A stretch of 64,000 bases of DNA, taken from positions 5,828,001-5,892,000 of the forward strand of contig CM022676.1 of assembly GCA_012295275.1 (NCBI GenBank), written 5' to 3'. The DNA is from Chrysomallon squamiferum (lineage: Eukaryota; Animalia; Mollusca). The notes beneath the pieces were generated by a model. It had not been told where the DNA came from. It saw only the letters and a list, made by a program, of their open reading frames with translations, and made no database searches. Within the stretch, counting starts at the first letter, position 1. Each line of letters starts with the position of its first letter. The position numbers were made by a program, and so were the translations under genes. Below, piece after piece: positions 14,247-27,921 of this stretch.

Positions 14247-14799
14247 TGTATAAAAACTGAATATATTCTTCAAGGTTGTTTGAGTATATTCTGAATAGTT
14301 CCTGAAAGTTACAAATGACAACAAATACACACTATAAACATACAATAGACACCAAAACAAACACCTTTCGAATCATAACCGTGTTATATACATCACAAAC
14401 ATTTGCTTGCATCTACGTTCTGAATAATAACTGTACAATGAGAAAACCAACCACGTCGTCACTTCATTGGCTCAACTTCGCCGTCTGCGGAATAAATGCC
14501 TACATCGTTTACATCGACGGGTTTTATTGCTTCTAACGTGGGCACTTTATATCAATTGATGTCAATAGACAAGTGATAACGTTGTGTGTGCAAAACATAC
14601 ATTTGTGTGACTGTTTGAATACTGACAGACGACATAATTTGATTTACTTTGCCCACGGAATTTCGAGTAATAAGATAAGATTTTTTTTTGTTTTTTTAAC
14701 TGTCGTTGTTGTCAGGTCTTTATGCAATTAGCTACAGAAGTAAATCTTTGTACGTCTGTTTGCGTTAGCGGTAGATGTGCGAGTGGGTTGTAGTGGTAG

Positions 14800-15120
14800 T
14801 AGTTCAGTGGTTTAGTGTGTTCAGATGTTTTGAGAGGTGTGGAGGGTTATTGGGATCGAATCTTGTCAGAGACATGATTGTGGTTTAGTGGTTAGAGTGT
14901 TTGGGCCAGATGTGAAAGATTTTGGGATCGGTTCTTGACAGAAGGTTAGTGGTGAAGATTGTAAAAACAGAGTTACGAGATTATGACTGATGTGTAATAG
15001 GTTGTGGGATCAGAACTCTTCAGAGGTGACTTTGGAAAATTCCAGTTCGAACCAGTGTTTCATGACTGGTTTATCAAAGATTATGGTATGTGCTGTTATG
15101 TGTATAGAAAGGTATGTAGA
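14800..15120 (+). mobile_element. Degenerate tRNA-derived SINE with repeated head and Meta/MESC-like core
   Basis: A-box-like TAGTTCAGTGG (14800) and TGGTTTAGTGG (14881); B-box-like GGGATCGAATC (14852), GGGATCGGTTC (14924), GGGATCAGAAC (15006). These are followed by CCAGTG...GACTGGTTTATCAAAG...TGGTATGTGCT, which resembles the central domain of gastropod SINEs as I recall it (not searched). Confidence 0.6.
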
Positions 15121-16269
15121 TTGAAAGTATAGGTTTTAATTTGATTTAAAGATGTGTTCATAAATTTTAGGATTGGTTAGAAAGAAAGTGTATTTAAACA
15201 AATATTTGGTGAAAACAAAATTTAAGAAAAAATATATACATTTTACTGTAGGTATATTTTGTTACTAACACACTTTATTTCATACTTTGTGCTATGAATG
15301 AATAAAAAGGAATTTGTAAATTTTTTTTTTTAAATAAACAGTAACCTAGAAGAATAAATAGCAGAGCTAATAAATAAATAATATAAAATGAATTAAGTTG
15401 ATGAAAAAAAGTATAGAATTAAAAAATAAATAAATGCTGCAAAGTTTAAACAAGTAAAGAAAGAAATGAACAACAAAAAAAAAAAAAAAAAAAAAAATAA
15501 TAATTTCGATTGAAAACAAAATTTAAAATAAATAAATAAATAAAATCAATCAATAAATAAATCAATAAATAAAATAAAAATTAATAAATAAATCAATAAA
15601 TAAATAAAATAAAAACAAAAAACACTTCATCCCATCAGACTACATCATCCCTGAAGTCACAGACAAAATTGCCACTTTTGACATTGGCTATGGCAGCGTT
15701 TTCTCCATGTCACAATCGCCAATACATCAGCTACAACAACATCATCATTACTCAGAATATCTCTCTGCATCTCTCAACCGATCCATTTCCACTCCAAGTG
15801 GCCCACGAAGCAGTCAGACGAACTGGTCAGTCGAAATTGTTACACTGTCTAATTAATAATCAATGGCCAAGTCATCGTGAGAATTATCTGCCCATTCGGA
15901 ACTCTCTAATGTCTTCCGTGTTGTACTGTGTGACTGGGTGTGTCTGTGCTCAATGCTAATGCTGACTGAAGCAGGATTGTTGGGAGAGAAAAAAAAAAAA
16001 AAACATTTTTCATTGGCTTGTTTTATCATCACAGTTTTTTGTGTCTGCATGTGTTGTAAAGACCTAGTCAGACATCTTGGATTTTTATTTTTTTTTTTTT
16101 TTTATATATATAAAAATAGATCTGTTTTATTGGTGATGATGTTGTGATGACAGTGTCGTAGAAATATGATGAATGTATTTTTATGTTTTTGAAGAATAAT
16201 GAATTGGAAATATTATGCTTGTCATGATTAATTGTTGTTTTGTTGATGTTGTAATGTGCTGCTTCTGCT

Positions 16270-16730
16270 GCTGGTATTACTACTACTACTACTACTACAA
16301 TTACAACAACTACAGCGACTATTTCTGCTTTTACTAATATTACTACAACACTCACTACTATAACTACTATTATAACTACTGTTACTTTTATTACTTTTAC
16401 TAATTAATACTAACAATACAACAACTATTACTACTATTAGTACCACCATCACTACTAATACTACTACTGTTAGATTTTGTGACTTTTACCAGTACTAATA
16501 TTACTAAAATTACTGCCTTAACAACAACTATTACTACTATTATTACAACTTCTACTAGTATAACTACTACCAGTACAATTATGACTATTACTACTGCTGC
16601 TGCCACTACTTTTTCTACTACCAATACTATTTTCTTTACTACTACTATGACTTATATTACTAGTACTACTACCAAGTCCACTAATTATATTACTAAATCA
16701 ACACTTAATAACAAGCTGTTATTACTATAA
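16270..16730. repeat. Degenerate (ACT)n trinucleotide region
   Basis: Visible tactactac/ttacta repeats. Confidence 0.85.
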
Positions 16731-17380
16731 ACACAGTTAAAAATAAACAAAAAAAATCAGATATAAAATATACGAAATGAAACTATTAACTGCTATTTAA
16801 CACTCTGAAAATTCTCCTACTTATACTGAAACTATGTGAAAGGGAGAAGAATCAGGGAAAAAAAAGAAAAAAAAATAACTACTAAAATTTAAAATATATT
16901 TAATCCTGAATGAGACTAAACTTGTTTCCTCGACATCCAAAACATTCGAGGAATCCATCTGATGGTTTCTAGATAGCGAAATTGCCGGGTTAGTAAAGGT
17001 TTTCCTTCCCAATATACTGCCAAACAAGATAAGTTGTTTCACAAATAGCGTTTTCACTACAACAAGACAATTTGTGCAGAAGGTAGTTTTCTGAAGAAAT
17101 AAGATAATTTGTTTAGATAATAGTATTTTGAAGAAATGGGGTAATTTGTTTAGGCAAAATAGCATTGTAATAAACTGAGATCATTTGTTTAGAAAATAGT
17201 TTTTTTTTTTTTTTTTTTTTGAGGAAATAAGATAAATGAGAGAGAGAGAACAAGAGAAAGAATGAATTAAAGTGTATATGTGTGTGATTTTTCTTGTCTT
17301 TGTTATTTTCTTTTTTTTATATTTTCTTTTTAACTGTTTCATGAACTAAAAAGTGAGAAAAATAAAGAGACGACAGAGAT

Positions 17381-17434
<54 letters not shown>

Positions 17435-17579
17435 TTTTTTTTTTTCTTTTTTTTACAGTTTCATGATCTGAAAAAGGTCAGAACAAGAATAAACGATTGA
17501 GAGAAGAAAGAGAAAGACATTACATGATACTTTGTTTCATAAACAAATTTATCCAATTTGGAACAGGAAAAACAAACAC

Positions 17580-17615
<36 letters not shown>

Positions 17616-17828
17616 ACCAAAAAAAACATTCCACGACACAATCAAATTAGGTCATCACCATGGAAATAACAATTTAAAGATTTTTTTTTTAATTTTTTTT
17701 TTTTCTGGCCACAGAAATTGGAACAGTAACAAGATTTCATCGCGCTCTCAAGCACACTTGTCGTGGCATGCCAGACAAAACAATGCAACGAACGATCAAT
17801 GTCACACCAGGCCATCATTAAACTGACG

Positions 17829-17845
17829 CAGCGCCCCCTGGGTGA
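17829..17845 (-). promoter_or_regulatory. CTCF-like motif (candidate)
   Basis: Reverse complement TCACCCAGGGGGCGCTG contains the CAGGGGGCGCT core. Confidence 0.35.
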
Positions 17846-18209
17846 AAAATAACGTCGGCAGTACTTTCTGCAAGCGTTTGCCTTGGTAAACAGCGTATAA
17901 AACACGATATTTGCTTTATGCTCACAAACATTCAATACGGTGATAGGCTACCCTGTGGCATATCTCCATTATTTAACTCCTAGATGTGTGTTCGGGGAAA
18001 AAGGCTCAAGCAGTTTTCTATTTTTCAAATCGAAATGTTGTGCTCTTGAGGGGAGGGTTGGGGGGTCTTTTTTCTTAAGTAGCAGTGGGTAGGAATAATG
18101 AGGGCAGTGGATTAGGGGGTGGGGTGCAGGTTTTGGAAAACATTGACTGAGGGAGGTTTGAGAGAAAGAAATAAAATAAAATATTGGGGATTGGTTTGAA
18201 TAGCAGGGT

Positions 18210-18259
<50 letters not shown>

Positions 18260-18326
18260 TTGGGGATTTGAGTGATAGAGAGTAGAGCAGTATTTTTGGA
18301 ATAGTGGTTGGAATAGGCAGGGTTAA

Positions 18327-18434
18327 AGGATCATTACTAACCGATGAGACTTTTAGTCCATAAAAGATTAATTGATGCTAATCCACATATAAAAGTAGTC
18401 TATTGGTTGGTTTCATTTTTCATCAGAATGGTCT
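18327..18434. mobile_element. Possible old TTAA-flanked (Kolobok/piggyBac-like) MITE remnant
   Basis: TTAA|AGGATCATTACT ... AGAATGGTCT|TTAA; imperfect inverted ends and a TTAA target-like duplication. Weak. Confidence 0.2.
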
Positions 18435-18441
18435 TTAATCA

Positions 18442-18515
<74 letters not shown>

Positions 18516-19349
18516 TCTGCTGTGTTCTCTCTCTTTTGTTCATAGATACATATATACATGTGTTATAAATTTTTGTTCATAAACACACATATATACATGT
18601 ACATATAAATATATTACATATACACACATACACACCAACACATATACTCACAGACACACACACAGATATACAAATGAGCACACACTTACATAGAAGTAGA
18701 CTGACACACTCACACACACACACACACACACACACTGCCATATAGACTGAAACTATATTAAGTGTCACATAAAATGTTGTTACAGTATAAAGTGTTTGTT
18801 TTATAAAGAAGTCTAACACACCACATTGATCTTAGCTAACAGATTTTTTCTTCTGTGTGTTAACACGTTACAATAACTTGTCCATTGAAAGCGCAGAGGT
18901 CTCTGCTATTGTTGTGTACATTAGGTAAAAAAAATAAAAAAATAAAGTAAAAAATTAAAAATGTATGAAAGAAGAAAAACAGGTAAACAGATTAAAGAAA
19001 ATGGACAGATAAATGTATCAATTGATTTATATATTGGTCATTTTATAATGAGTGAATTTGAAATGAATGGATAGATGGATGAATGTAGGAATGAGTGAAT
19101 AAATGAATGAATGAATGAATGAATGAATGAATGATTTATTTTTTATCACTTTTTATTTGAATAGTTTTTAGCTATTAATCTAGGTGGGTTTTTTTTTCTT
19201 TCTTACTGTTTGGTAATGGTGATATGAGAAAATACAGTTTTAGTTTTTGTATCTTTAAAATCTTGACTGTGTAGATACTGCATTCTAAATGTAAAACTCT
19301 TAACTGTGGTAAAACTAGAAAAATTACCAGACTGGGGAAAATTTGAAAG

Positions 19350-19830
19350 TTTACTTCAGAGATACAATACAATATTCAAAGTACAGTGTGTTTCACATCA
19401 TCTTTGATAAAACCAGATGATTCCTGGCATTCTATTAGATTGTTGAAATGTTGTATATGATACACAAAAAGATTCTGTTATAACTAGATGTGTTATAACT
19501 TGTAAAAGATAATTTTGGAATATGGTAGAAGTGGATGAAATCCAGGTTTTTGTACAGGACTGGAGAAATTTTGTTGAAATTTGGAAATTGTGTTGTCAGT
19601 ACATCAGAGCTTCTGTTATAACTAGATGTGTTATATATAAATTATAAAATAAAATGTTGAACTATGACAGAAGTAGATGATACCCAGTCATTGTACTAGA
19701 CTGATGAAAATGTTATATCAAAAATTTCTATTATAACTACATGTATTATGATATCTAAGGCAAAAATTTGAACCACCATAGAAGTATTATTATATGAAAA
19801 ATATTGTGTGATAAGTAAAAAAAAATTGAT
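19350..19830 (+). repeat. ~120-bp satellite-like array, locus 1 (about 4 copies)
   Basis: AGAAGT(A/G)GATGA...CCAG.CATTGTACT.GACTG...TTCTGTTATAACTAGATGTGTTATA recurs; same family as 48540-49550. Confidence 0.85.
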
Positions 19831-20384
19831 TACTACTGAATGCATTTTGACTAGTATAGTGATAAGTACAGATATGTCAGAAATCAATATCATTTTCTGT
19901 TAAGTGACCAAAAAAAACAACAAAAAAAACACAGGAGGTTAATTATTTTGGTAAATATATCTGTTAAAAAAAATGTTTATGAAAACAAAATATATCCTTT
20001 TCAAAAATGTTTACAAAAACAAACTGAAAAAAAATTAAATAAAAAAAAAAGAGGTGAAAAAAAAAAACAAGAAATTTCAAGTGGGGGTGAAATTTGAAAC
20101 TTTTCATTTCATAGCAGACCATAAAGATGTGTAAGTTTTTCGAGAAATATTCTGTGCTTTAGAAATGTCTGCTATTTGTGTTTGTTTTGACAGGAAAGAG
20201 GCAGATGGGAATAAATAATGTTTGTTGTCAGTAGACTTCCTTCATCAGGGAAATAAATCCGGGAAAAAAAACTTTTTCAAATGGTGTATGAAAAAAAAAT
20301 AAAAAATGAAAAAAATAAAAAAAAATAGAGAGAAAGCAAGAGAGTGAAAATTGGAAGAATGTTGAATGTTATTGAATAAAATCT

Positions 20385-20830
20385 TCATCACCAGTTAACT
20401 AGGTGTAGCCATTTTGAAAATTCTGTGTTGCTTTTTCCATCTGCAGTGGGGAGAGCCTGACAATGGTTTCTATTAATAATTAAAAATTAGTTCACAACCA
20501 GTTGACTGGCTGCAGCCATTTTGAATATTCTGTGTTTTTTTTTTTCCTTCTGTAGTGGGAGAACTCGACAATGGTTTTAATAATAATTAAAATATATTTC
20601 TTCGTGATGTAGCCATTTTGAATATTCTGTGTTGTTTTTTCCATCCTGAGTGAGAGATCTTGACAATGGTTTCTATTAATAATTAAAAATTACGTCATGA
20701 CCAGTTAACTTGTGGTAGCCATATTGAATATTCTGTGTTGTTTTTTTCCCTCCTGAGGGAGATAGGTTGACAGTGGTTTCTATTAAGAATCACTTCATTA
20801 CCACTAAATTAACTCTAGCCATTTTTTATA
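20385..20830. repeat. Tandem repeat, ~100-115 bp unit with AGCCATTTTGAATATTCTGTG core
   Basis: AGCCAT(T/A)TT recurs at about 20407, 20514, 20611, 20717 and 20817, usually followed by GACAATGGTTTCTATTAATAATTAAAA. Confidence 0.9.
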
Positions 20831-21171
20831 TTTTTAGCTTGAGAGAGAGGTTTACATTTACTGTATAAAAACAAATTTCAGCACAAATCTCTTTTACTGT
20901 CATCATTTTGAAAACTGTTGGGTTTTGGGGTTGGTTATTTTTTTATTTATTTATTTATTTTTTTTATTTTTTTTTTTTTTTGAGTAAGAAAGTAATTCTT
21001 CTTGTCATTTTATTTTATTTATTTATTTTTTTTTTTTTTTTTAGTTTGAGTAAGAAAGTAATTCTTCATGTCATTTTATTTTTATACAAAAAGAAAACAG
21101 TGTTCATTATCATTATATTATTTGTCCATTTTTAATATTCTGTCTTGCATTCTGCACCTCAAGAAAAACTT

Positions 21172-21411
21172 CTACACAGAAATTTTTTGTTGAAATCAAA
21201 ATGCAAATCTACATCAGCAGTTAATTAGCATTTGCCATTTTCAATATTCTGTGCTGGTTTTTTTCCACCATAAGTAATAGAACTCCACCTTTTGAGAAAC
21301 AACTACACAGAATTTTTTGTTAAAATCAAAATAAAAATCTACATCAGCAGTTAATTAGCATTTGCCATTTTCAATATTCTGTGCTGTTTTTTCCACCATA
21401 AGTAATAGAAC
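21172..21411. repeat. Near-identical ~130-bp tandem duplication related to the 20.4-20.8 kb repeat
   Basis: CTACACAGAATTTTTTGTT.AAATCAAAAT...GCCATTTTCAATATTCTGTGCTG...CCACCATAAGTAATAGAACT occurs twice. Confidence 0.9.
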
Positions 21412-22057
21412 TAGATAAGAGAAGACAAAAAAGAATATATTTTTTTTTGGTTTTCAAATTCATCACCATTAAATTAGCAATAATCATTTTAAAGAAAGAT
21501 TTCATTTTAAAAACAAGAGCTAAATTTAAGCTTAAGAAAACAAACCCAAAAACAAACAAACTTGTTTCGTTATAAAAAAAACAAGAGCTTCTGGTTAATA
21601 ACTTATTTTTTATATTTTTTTTACTTACATTTAATGATATTTATGCAAATTACGCCAAGCATATAATCATGGTGGATTTTTTTTCTATTTAAGGTGTCAG
21701 CCACATTTGAAATGATGTTTTACGCATTTTTTATCAGTAACTAAACAAAATATGGTGTCTCAGAAAAAAAAAAAAAAAAACATTGATTGGACCTGGGGAA
21801 AAAAAATGAAAAAAGATAATTGAAATATTAATAGTGGTGAAAATTAAAAGTAAGCAAAGAATTAAAAATAGACAGGAGGAAGAAAGAAAATTAAATAAAT
21901 TTAAAAAAATAGAAAAAAAACCCAAAACAAACAGAAAAAACATTTAAAAAAAAAAAAAAAAAAAAAAAGGTAAATGTACTCAATGACATTTTCTTCCCAG
22001 TAATCGGTTCATGTTATTTCCTGGCTGTTGGAAATTTCTTTGTTACTAATACATATT

Positions 22058-22423
22058 TTATTATTGTTATTGTTATTGTCATTATTATTATTATTATTAC
22101 TGTTGTTATTATTATTATTATTACTGTTATCATTATTATTATCAATATTATTATCATTATCATTGTTATCATCATTATTATTACTATTATTATCATCATC
22201 ATTATTATTATTTTTATTATTATTATCATTATTATTATTATCATTATCATCATTATCATCATTATTATTATTTTTATTATTACTATTATTATTATCATCA
22301 TTATCATCATCATTATTATTATCATTATCATTGTTATCATCATTATTATCATTACTATTATTACTATTATTATCATCATCATCATCATCATCATCATAAT
22401 CATTATTATCATTATTATTATTA
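22058..22423. repeat. (ATT)/(ATC) trinucleotide tract
   Basis: About 365 bp of ATT/ATC/GTT triplets; source of poly-N/D, poly-I/M and poly-L/S ORFs. Confidence 0.95.
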
Positions 22424-22430
22424 TTTTCAG

Positions 22431-22479
22431 ATTCTGAAGGCAGTATTGGATTTACCATTATTTTGTTAGACATCTTAAG
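22431..22479 (+). other. Candidate 49-nt internal exon (coding status unknown)
   Basis: Acceptor-like ttattttcag| and donor AAG|gtatgt bracket a short unique stretch between repeats. One open frame, (D)SEGSIGFTIILLDIL(R/S); no homology recognised. Confidence 0.25.
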
Positions 22480-22699
22480 GTATGTTCACATTTTTTTATT
22501 TATAATCACTGACTTATGACATGCATTTCTGTGCATTGGAGTGTCTATTATCTGTGTGAGTGTGTGTGTGTGTGTGTGTATGTGGATATACATGTGTTGG
22601 TATATGCTATTTATTTTTCTGCTTAAATGTGTGCAGCAGATAATAATAACACAACAACAAAACACTTTTAACCGTTAATACTATATAGTTATTTGGTCT

Positions 22700-23050
22700 C
22701 TATGCTGCTGTTGCTGCTGCTATGTTTACTACTACTACAACTACTGCTACTACTGCTGCAACAGCAACAACTACTCTACTACTACTACTACTACAAATTC
22801 TGCTACATCTGCTACTATTACTACTACTATTGTACTACTACTGCATCTGCTACTCCTACTACTATTAGTACTATTATTACTACTGTTAGTACTACTATTA
22901 CTACTACTCCTACTACTATTAGTACTACTATTACTACTACAAGTGCTATTATCATCACTACTGTTACATTGCAGCTACTACTACTATTACTACTACTACT
23001 ACAACAACTCCTACTATTATCTGTATGGCTACTGTTGCTACTACAAGTAA
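22700..23050. repeat. (ACT)/(GCT) trinucleotide region
   Basis: Visible triplet repeats. Confidence 0.9.
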
Positions 23051-26000
23051 TAAAAGTCCTTCTTTTATTATACACTGCTAAGACAACAAAAAAAGTAATT
23101 ATAATTATAATTAAGTCATTTTATAAAACAAAACAAAAAAAAAAAAAAGAAAAAAAAATTTTTTAACATTTACACAATATAAATAAATATTTTCTTTTCT
23201 TTTCTTTTTTAAATGACAAAAATCATTCGTTAATCTTTCTCACTGTGACTAATGAAAAATAAAAGAAACACCATGAAATACTACTACGACTACTACTACT
23301 ACTAATAATAATAATAATAGTAATCATAATAATAATAATGATATTAATATAAACAATAGTGAATGTAAAGGAATGTCTAACAGTAGGAATGTTTCTTTTT
23401 TGTTGCAGCAGTAAATTATTTATCTACTAACAAGTTTTCATGTAGATTTAACACGCTTGTCCTACAGCAATAAAAATGGACGATGCGTTATATTGTTCGT
23501 ATGTAATGGCCGCGTGTTGGAAATCTTCGATATGTATCAATGAGTCACAACTTGTTAGAGATGCATGTACAACAGCTACGACATCATCGCTGGTGCGGCC
23601 GATGAAGCAAATTGCTTCACGGATCATTCATGTTATTTTATTCCATTAGTCTTTCAATCACTAGTCACCTAGTGGAATTAGCATAGGGAGGCTCTTTTTG
23701 GGTATACTGAATTGTGATATTTTGTTTTTGATATGAAGGAAGGATATGGATAAATAAAATGTTTATTTTTTTTTGTTTTTTTTTGTTGGATCTGAATATT
23801 TCCTAAAAATGAAGTTAGAAGATTGAATTCTGTCAGTTTATGGTGCTGTTGAATCTGATAAAAATTAAATGGAAATATTAAAATTAAATGGTAATTGTTT
23901 TGTAATGAACATTAACTTTTAAAAATTATTTAGTTATATTTTTATTGTTATTTATGTATTTATTTATTTATTATTTTTATTATTATTTTAAAATTAGATA
24001 AAGCTCAGTACTTTTTTGAAATTTTTGTTTTGTTTTTTTAACTTTTATGAGATATTCATTGACATTTAGGAAAATAATGTATTAAAGTTATTTATTTTTC
24101 CTTTAGGAATATTTGAAAAATAATATGTATGAGAAACTTTAATGATCTTACATAATCATGATTTATCTTTTTTATGCAAATAATAACTGACTGGAAAACA
24201 GTTTAATAATAAAAAAAATTTGTAATAAGCAATAAATTAATAAATGAATAATATAAAATAAACAAATACGATTAATAGAATGAATGAATAAATATTAAAA
24301 TGAATAAACAAATAAATGAAATGAATGAATAATATATAAACTAAATACATAAATAAAAAAAATCACCAAAAATAAAAATAAACCAATGAACATTAAATAA
24401 ATAAATAAAACACAAACTAAATAATAGTTTTATAAAATATATACTTTTAAAAAAAAAAAAATAATAATAAAATATTTTATTTCTTAAAAAACACCAAAAA
24501 ACAAACAAAACAATACCATAAAACAAAATACCCCCCCCCAAAAAAAAATAAAAAAATAAAAATTAAAAATCAAAATTTATAAATCGTTTGTTTTCATTTT
24601 AACCCGGATAGGGCCCCATGTGAACAAAACTGCCAAGTCCACATGTTGGTTCAATGAATCCAATACCGATTTTATGACCTGTCCATCAAATTTTTACTTT
24701 TCACTTTAACACTGGCCACTCTGCTTAAACTGGATTAATTTGGGCTCGGTCTGAAATGTGGTTGAGAATAATTCAAAGTGCTACTTTAGTTAGGCCCATC
24801 GAAGCATGTGACTCACAGCTTGATTGGTATAGGCAGGTTTCTGCTTTAGACAAGACGTTGGTTTAAAAAGAGAGAGAGAGAGAGAGAGCAGTGTATTATT
24901 AGCCGTTTCAAAGTGTAGGCCTTGTCAGACTGAGTGATTTTATTTAACCACTTAAAAAACATTAATTAGAATGGAAATTAAAAAAAAAAAAATTAAATAA
25001 AGCTGTTGACACACTGAGTAATTTCTTAAAACATTTTGTTATTTTGTTTCTATTTTGTTTGTTTTTTTTTTTTTTTTTTCCGTTAGCATTGATATAATTT
25101 ATTGAAAATGTTTATTTGTTTATTAATTATTATTAATGTATCATTATCATTATCATCATCATCATCATCACCATGATTGTTAGAATGAGAATTTACAGGC
25201 AGTGACATACATAATGATTTACTTAAACAGAAAGCATTGGTCTTATTAATGTTTATTTATTAAAAAATCATTAAAAAAAAAAGACAAAAAATAGACCACT
25301 ATTGTCTATAAATTAGCAATGATTTTCATAGTTTTATTAATTTTATTATTTTAAAATAATAAATATAATTTTTTTTAAATTTTATTTATTTATTTATTTA
25401 TATGATTTTAATTATTACACTTAATGATCTATTTAAACATAAAGCATTGAATTACTTTAATATTTAATAATTCTTTTTTTTTTTTAATTATTATTTTACA
25501 CTCTTCTTTAGTTTTCACTAATATGTTTTCTTAAAACACAAGTAACAATTATTACATTTGGAACTCAAGGCGTTGTCATACATAATGATTTAGTTAAACA
25601 GATACCAATGATCTTTATTAGTATTTTATCAAATAATTTAATATTATTTATTATTATTCCAGTTGTTATTATTATTTTATTATTATTAAGATAATTATTA
25701 TTATTATCATTATCATTATTATTTTTATTATTGTTATTGTTATTGTTAAATTATGCAAGCTAACATTGTTAAAATCATGTTATTTATTATCTGTGCTAAT
25801 CTTAAATAATAAAAAATGACATAAAAGTTTACTTGCTTTAATAGAAAACATGGAATTTCAAGTTTTTTTTTTTTTTTTTTAAATTTGTTTAAAAAGTGTA
25901 ACTGATAACCAAAAGGTGATAATGTAAAAATGTTGTAATGTGTTGTTTATGCAAAGTTTGGAACTGGAGAAAACTCAATAAGAGCAGGTGAAATATTCAT

Positions 26001-26071
26001 AGTAATATGAAGATGATTAATGTCCAAATTTGTTGTTTTGGTTTAATTATTTTTTAATTATTTTTAATTTT

Positions 26072-26130
<59 letters not shown>

Positions 26131-26952
26131 GATTATATATAAGCTAATTTAAAATTTTAAAAACCCAGTTCTGCAAATGTATCATTAATTAAAATATAAA
26201 AAATACTTGGTTTTGTCTTGTATTCGAGTTTTAGGTGGAGGTTTTGGTGTTTTTACAATGTTTATTAATTATAAAAAAAATATATATATATATATTTATT
26301 TTTATTATTTTTATTTACCTATTTGATCATATTTATTTATTATTTGTTTATTTTACTTTATTGGCTTGTTTATTTAATTATTTACTGTTTTATTTTATTG
26401 CATTTTATTTCATTTCATTTTATTTTATTTTATTTGTTTATTTACTATTTATTGATTTAATTGTTTATTTAGTTATTATTTTTTTCTTTCTTTTATATAT
26501 TATTAATTTGTTTATATATCTATATCTTTATATATATATATTTTTTTTTTATTATTTCCTTTTTCCGTATTTAGTTATTTTATTTAAATTATTAATATGT
26601 AAATTCCTAATATAAATAGAGTAAATAATAATTTTTTCATTTCTTTATTTCTTCTTTTATTAATTTTTTTTAAATTATTTTCTTTAAAAATTCGTCACTT
26701 TTTAGATTATATTTGTTAATTTATCATGACAAACTAACATTATTATTAAAAATGAAAACTTTACACTAGTCATTTTACCCGTATCTGTATATTTTAACCC
26801 GTCATCAACATAATATTTTATTTATTAATATTTATTTTTTTAAATTAAAAACTTCACAAAATCTGTCTTAACAAGATTCCTGTCCAACAAAAAAAAAATA
26901 ATCCTTTTGTCTTCTGTTATTTGTTGCATTTCATAATTACACCTCAGAAAAT

Positions 26953-26985
26953 AGGTCAAAGGTTGGAGGTCACAACTTGACCTTG
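26953..26985 (+). promoter_or_regulatory. Triple DR1 nuclear-receptor half-site array plus inverted TGACCTTG (candidate)
   Basis: AGGTCA-A-AGGTTG-G-AGGTCA (26953-26972) and TGACCTTG (26978-26985). Confidence 0.4.
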
Positions 26986-27637
26986 CCATTAACCTTTCAT
27001 TGAGGAGTTAAGACGCAGGGGCCAAATTCTGTCACTCTCCTAAGAAAGGAGTCCAAAAAACAAAACAAAAAATCAAAAAAAAAAAAAAAAATCCCCTTCT
27101 TCTGTCAAAAGAGATAAAAATACTTTGCTCTTCTGTGAAAGGAGGAAGAAAAACCTAACTCTTCTGTGAATGAAGTCAGAAAAATTTCATTACACCAACT
27201 CGTGTGTTTTCTCTGTGTTTTGCCTGTAGGCTGGTCGTGTGACTGTGGGGATCAGTGAACTTGGCTAATTTTCCCTTCGGATTAGGACCCAGAAACGAGA
27301 AGGATTTTTTTTTTGTTTCGAGGGATTACGTTTGCATTTTAGAATGTTCGAGAATGCACAGAATCAGAATGTTGAGAGAGATGATGATGATGATGGTGGT
27401 GGTGGTGGTGGTATTATTATTATTATTCTGTTTTTTTTTTTTTTTTTTAATATTTTATTTTTTTATTTTTTTATTTTTTTTTATTTTATTTTTAATTTTT
27501 ATTTTTTGGGGGGTTGTTTTTGGGGGTTTTTTTACTGTTTATTTTAGTATTTATTTATTTATTATTATTTTTGTTTTTTGTTTATTTAATTATTTCTACT
27601 ACTGCTGCTATTGCTATGGCTACTACCACCGTCATGA

Positions 27638-27669
<32 letters not shown>

Positions 27670-27889
27670 ACTACTACTACTACTACGACTACTACTTCTA
27701 TTGCTCCTACTTCTGTAATTAACATATCTGCTGCTATTAATCTCTACATCATTTCTACTACAACTATTTTTGCAGCTCCTGCTACTACAACTATTATCAT
27801 TAAAACTGTTACTACCACTAATATAATATTACCATAGCTGCTATTACTACCACTATTATTACAATAGCTATTATTATTATTATTATTAT

Positions 27890-27921
<32 letters not shown>

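Noticed and set aside
14800-14940. Functional tRNA gene
   Set aside because: A/B-box-like motifs are present but there is no acceptor stem or cloverleaf; better explained as SINE heads.
22009-22473. Poly-Asn/Asp, poly-Ile/Met and poly-Leu ORFs (also 33589-34395 and 4603-5034)
   Set aside because: Triplet microsatellites open in several frames on both strands; not evidence of acidic or biomineral proteins.
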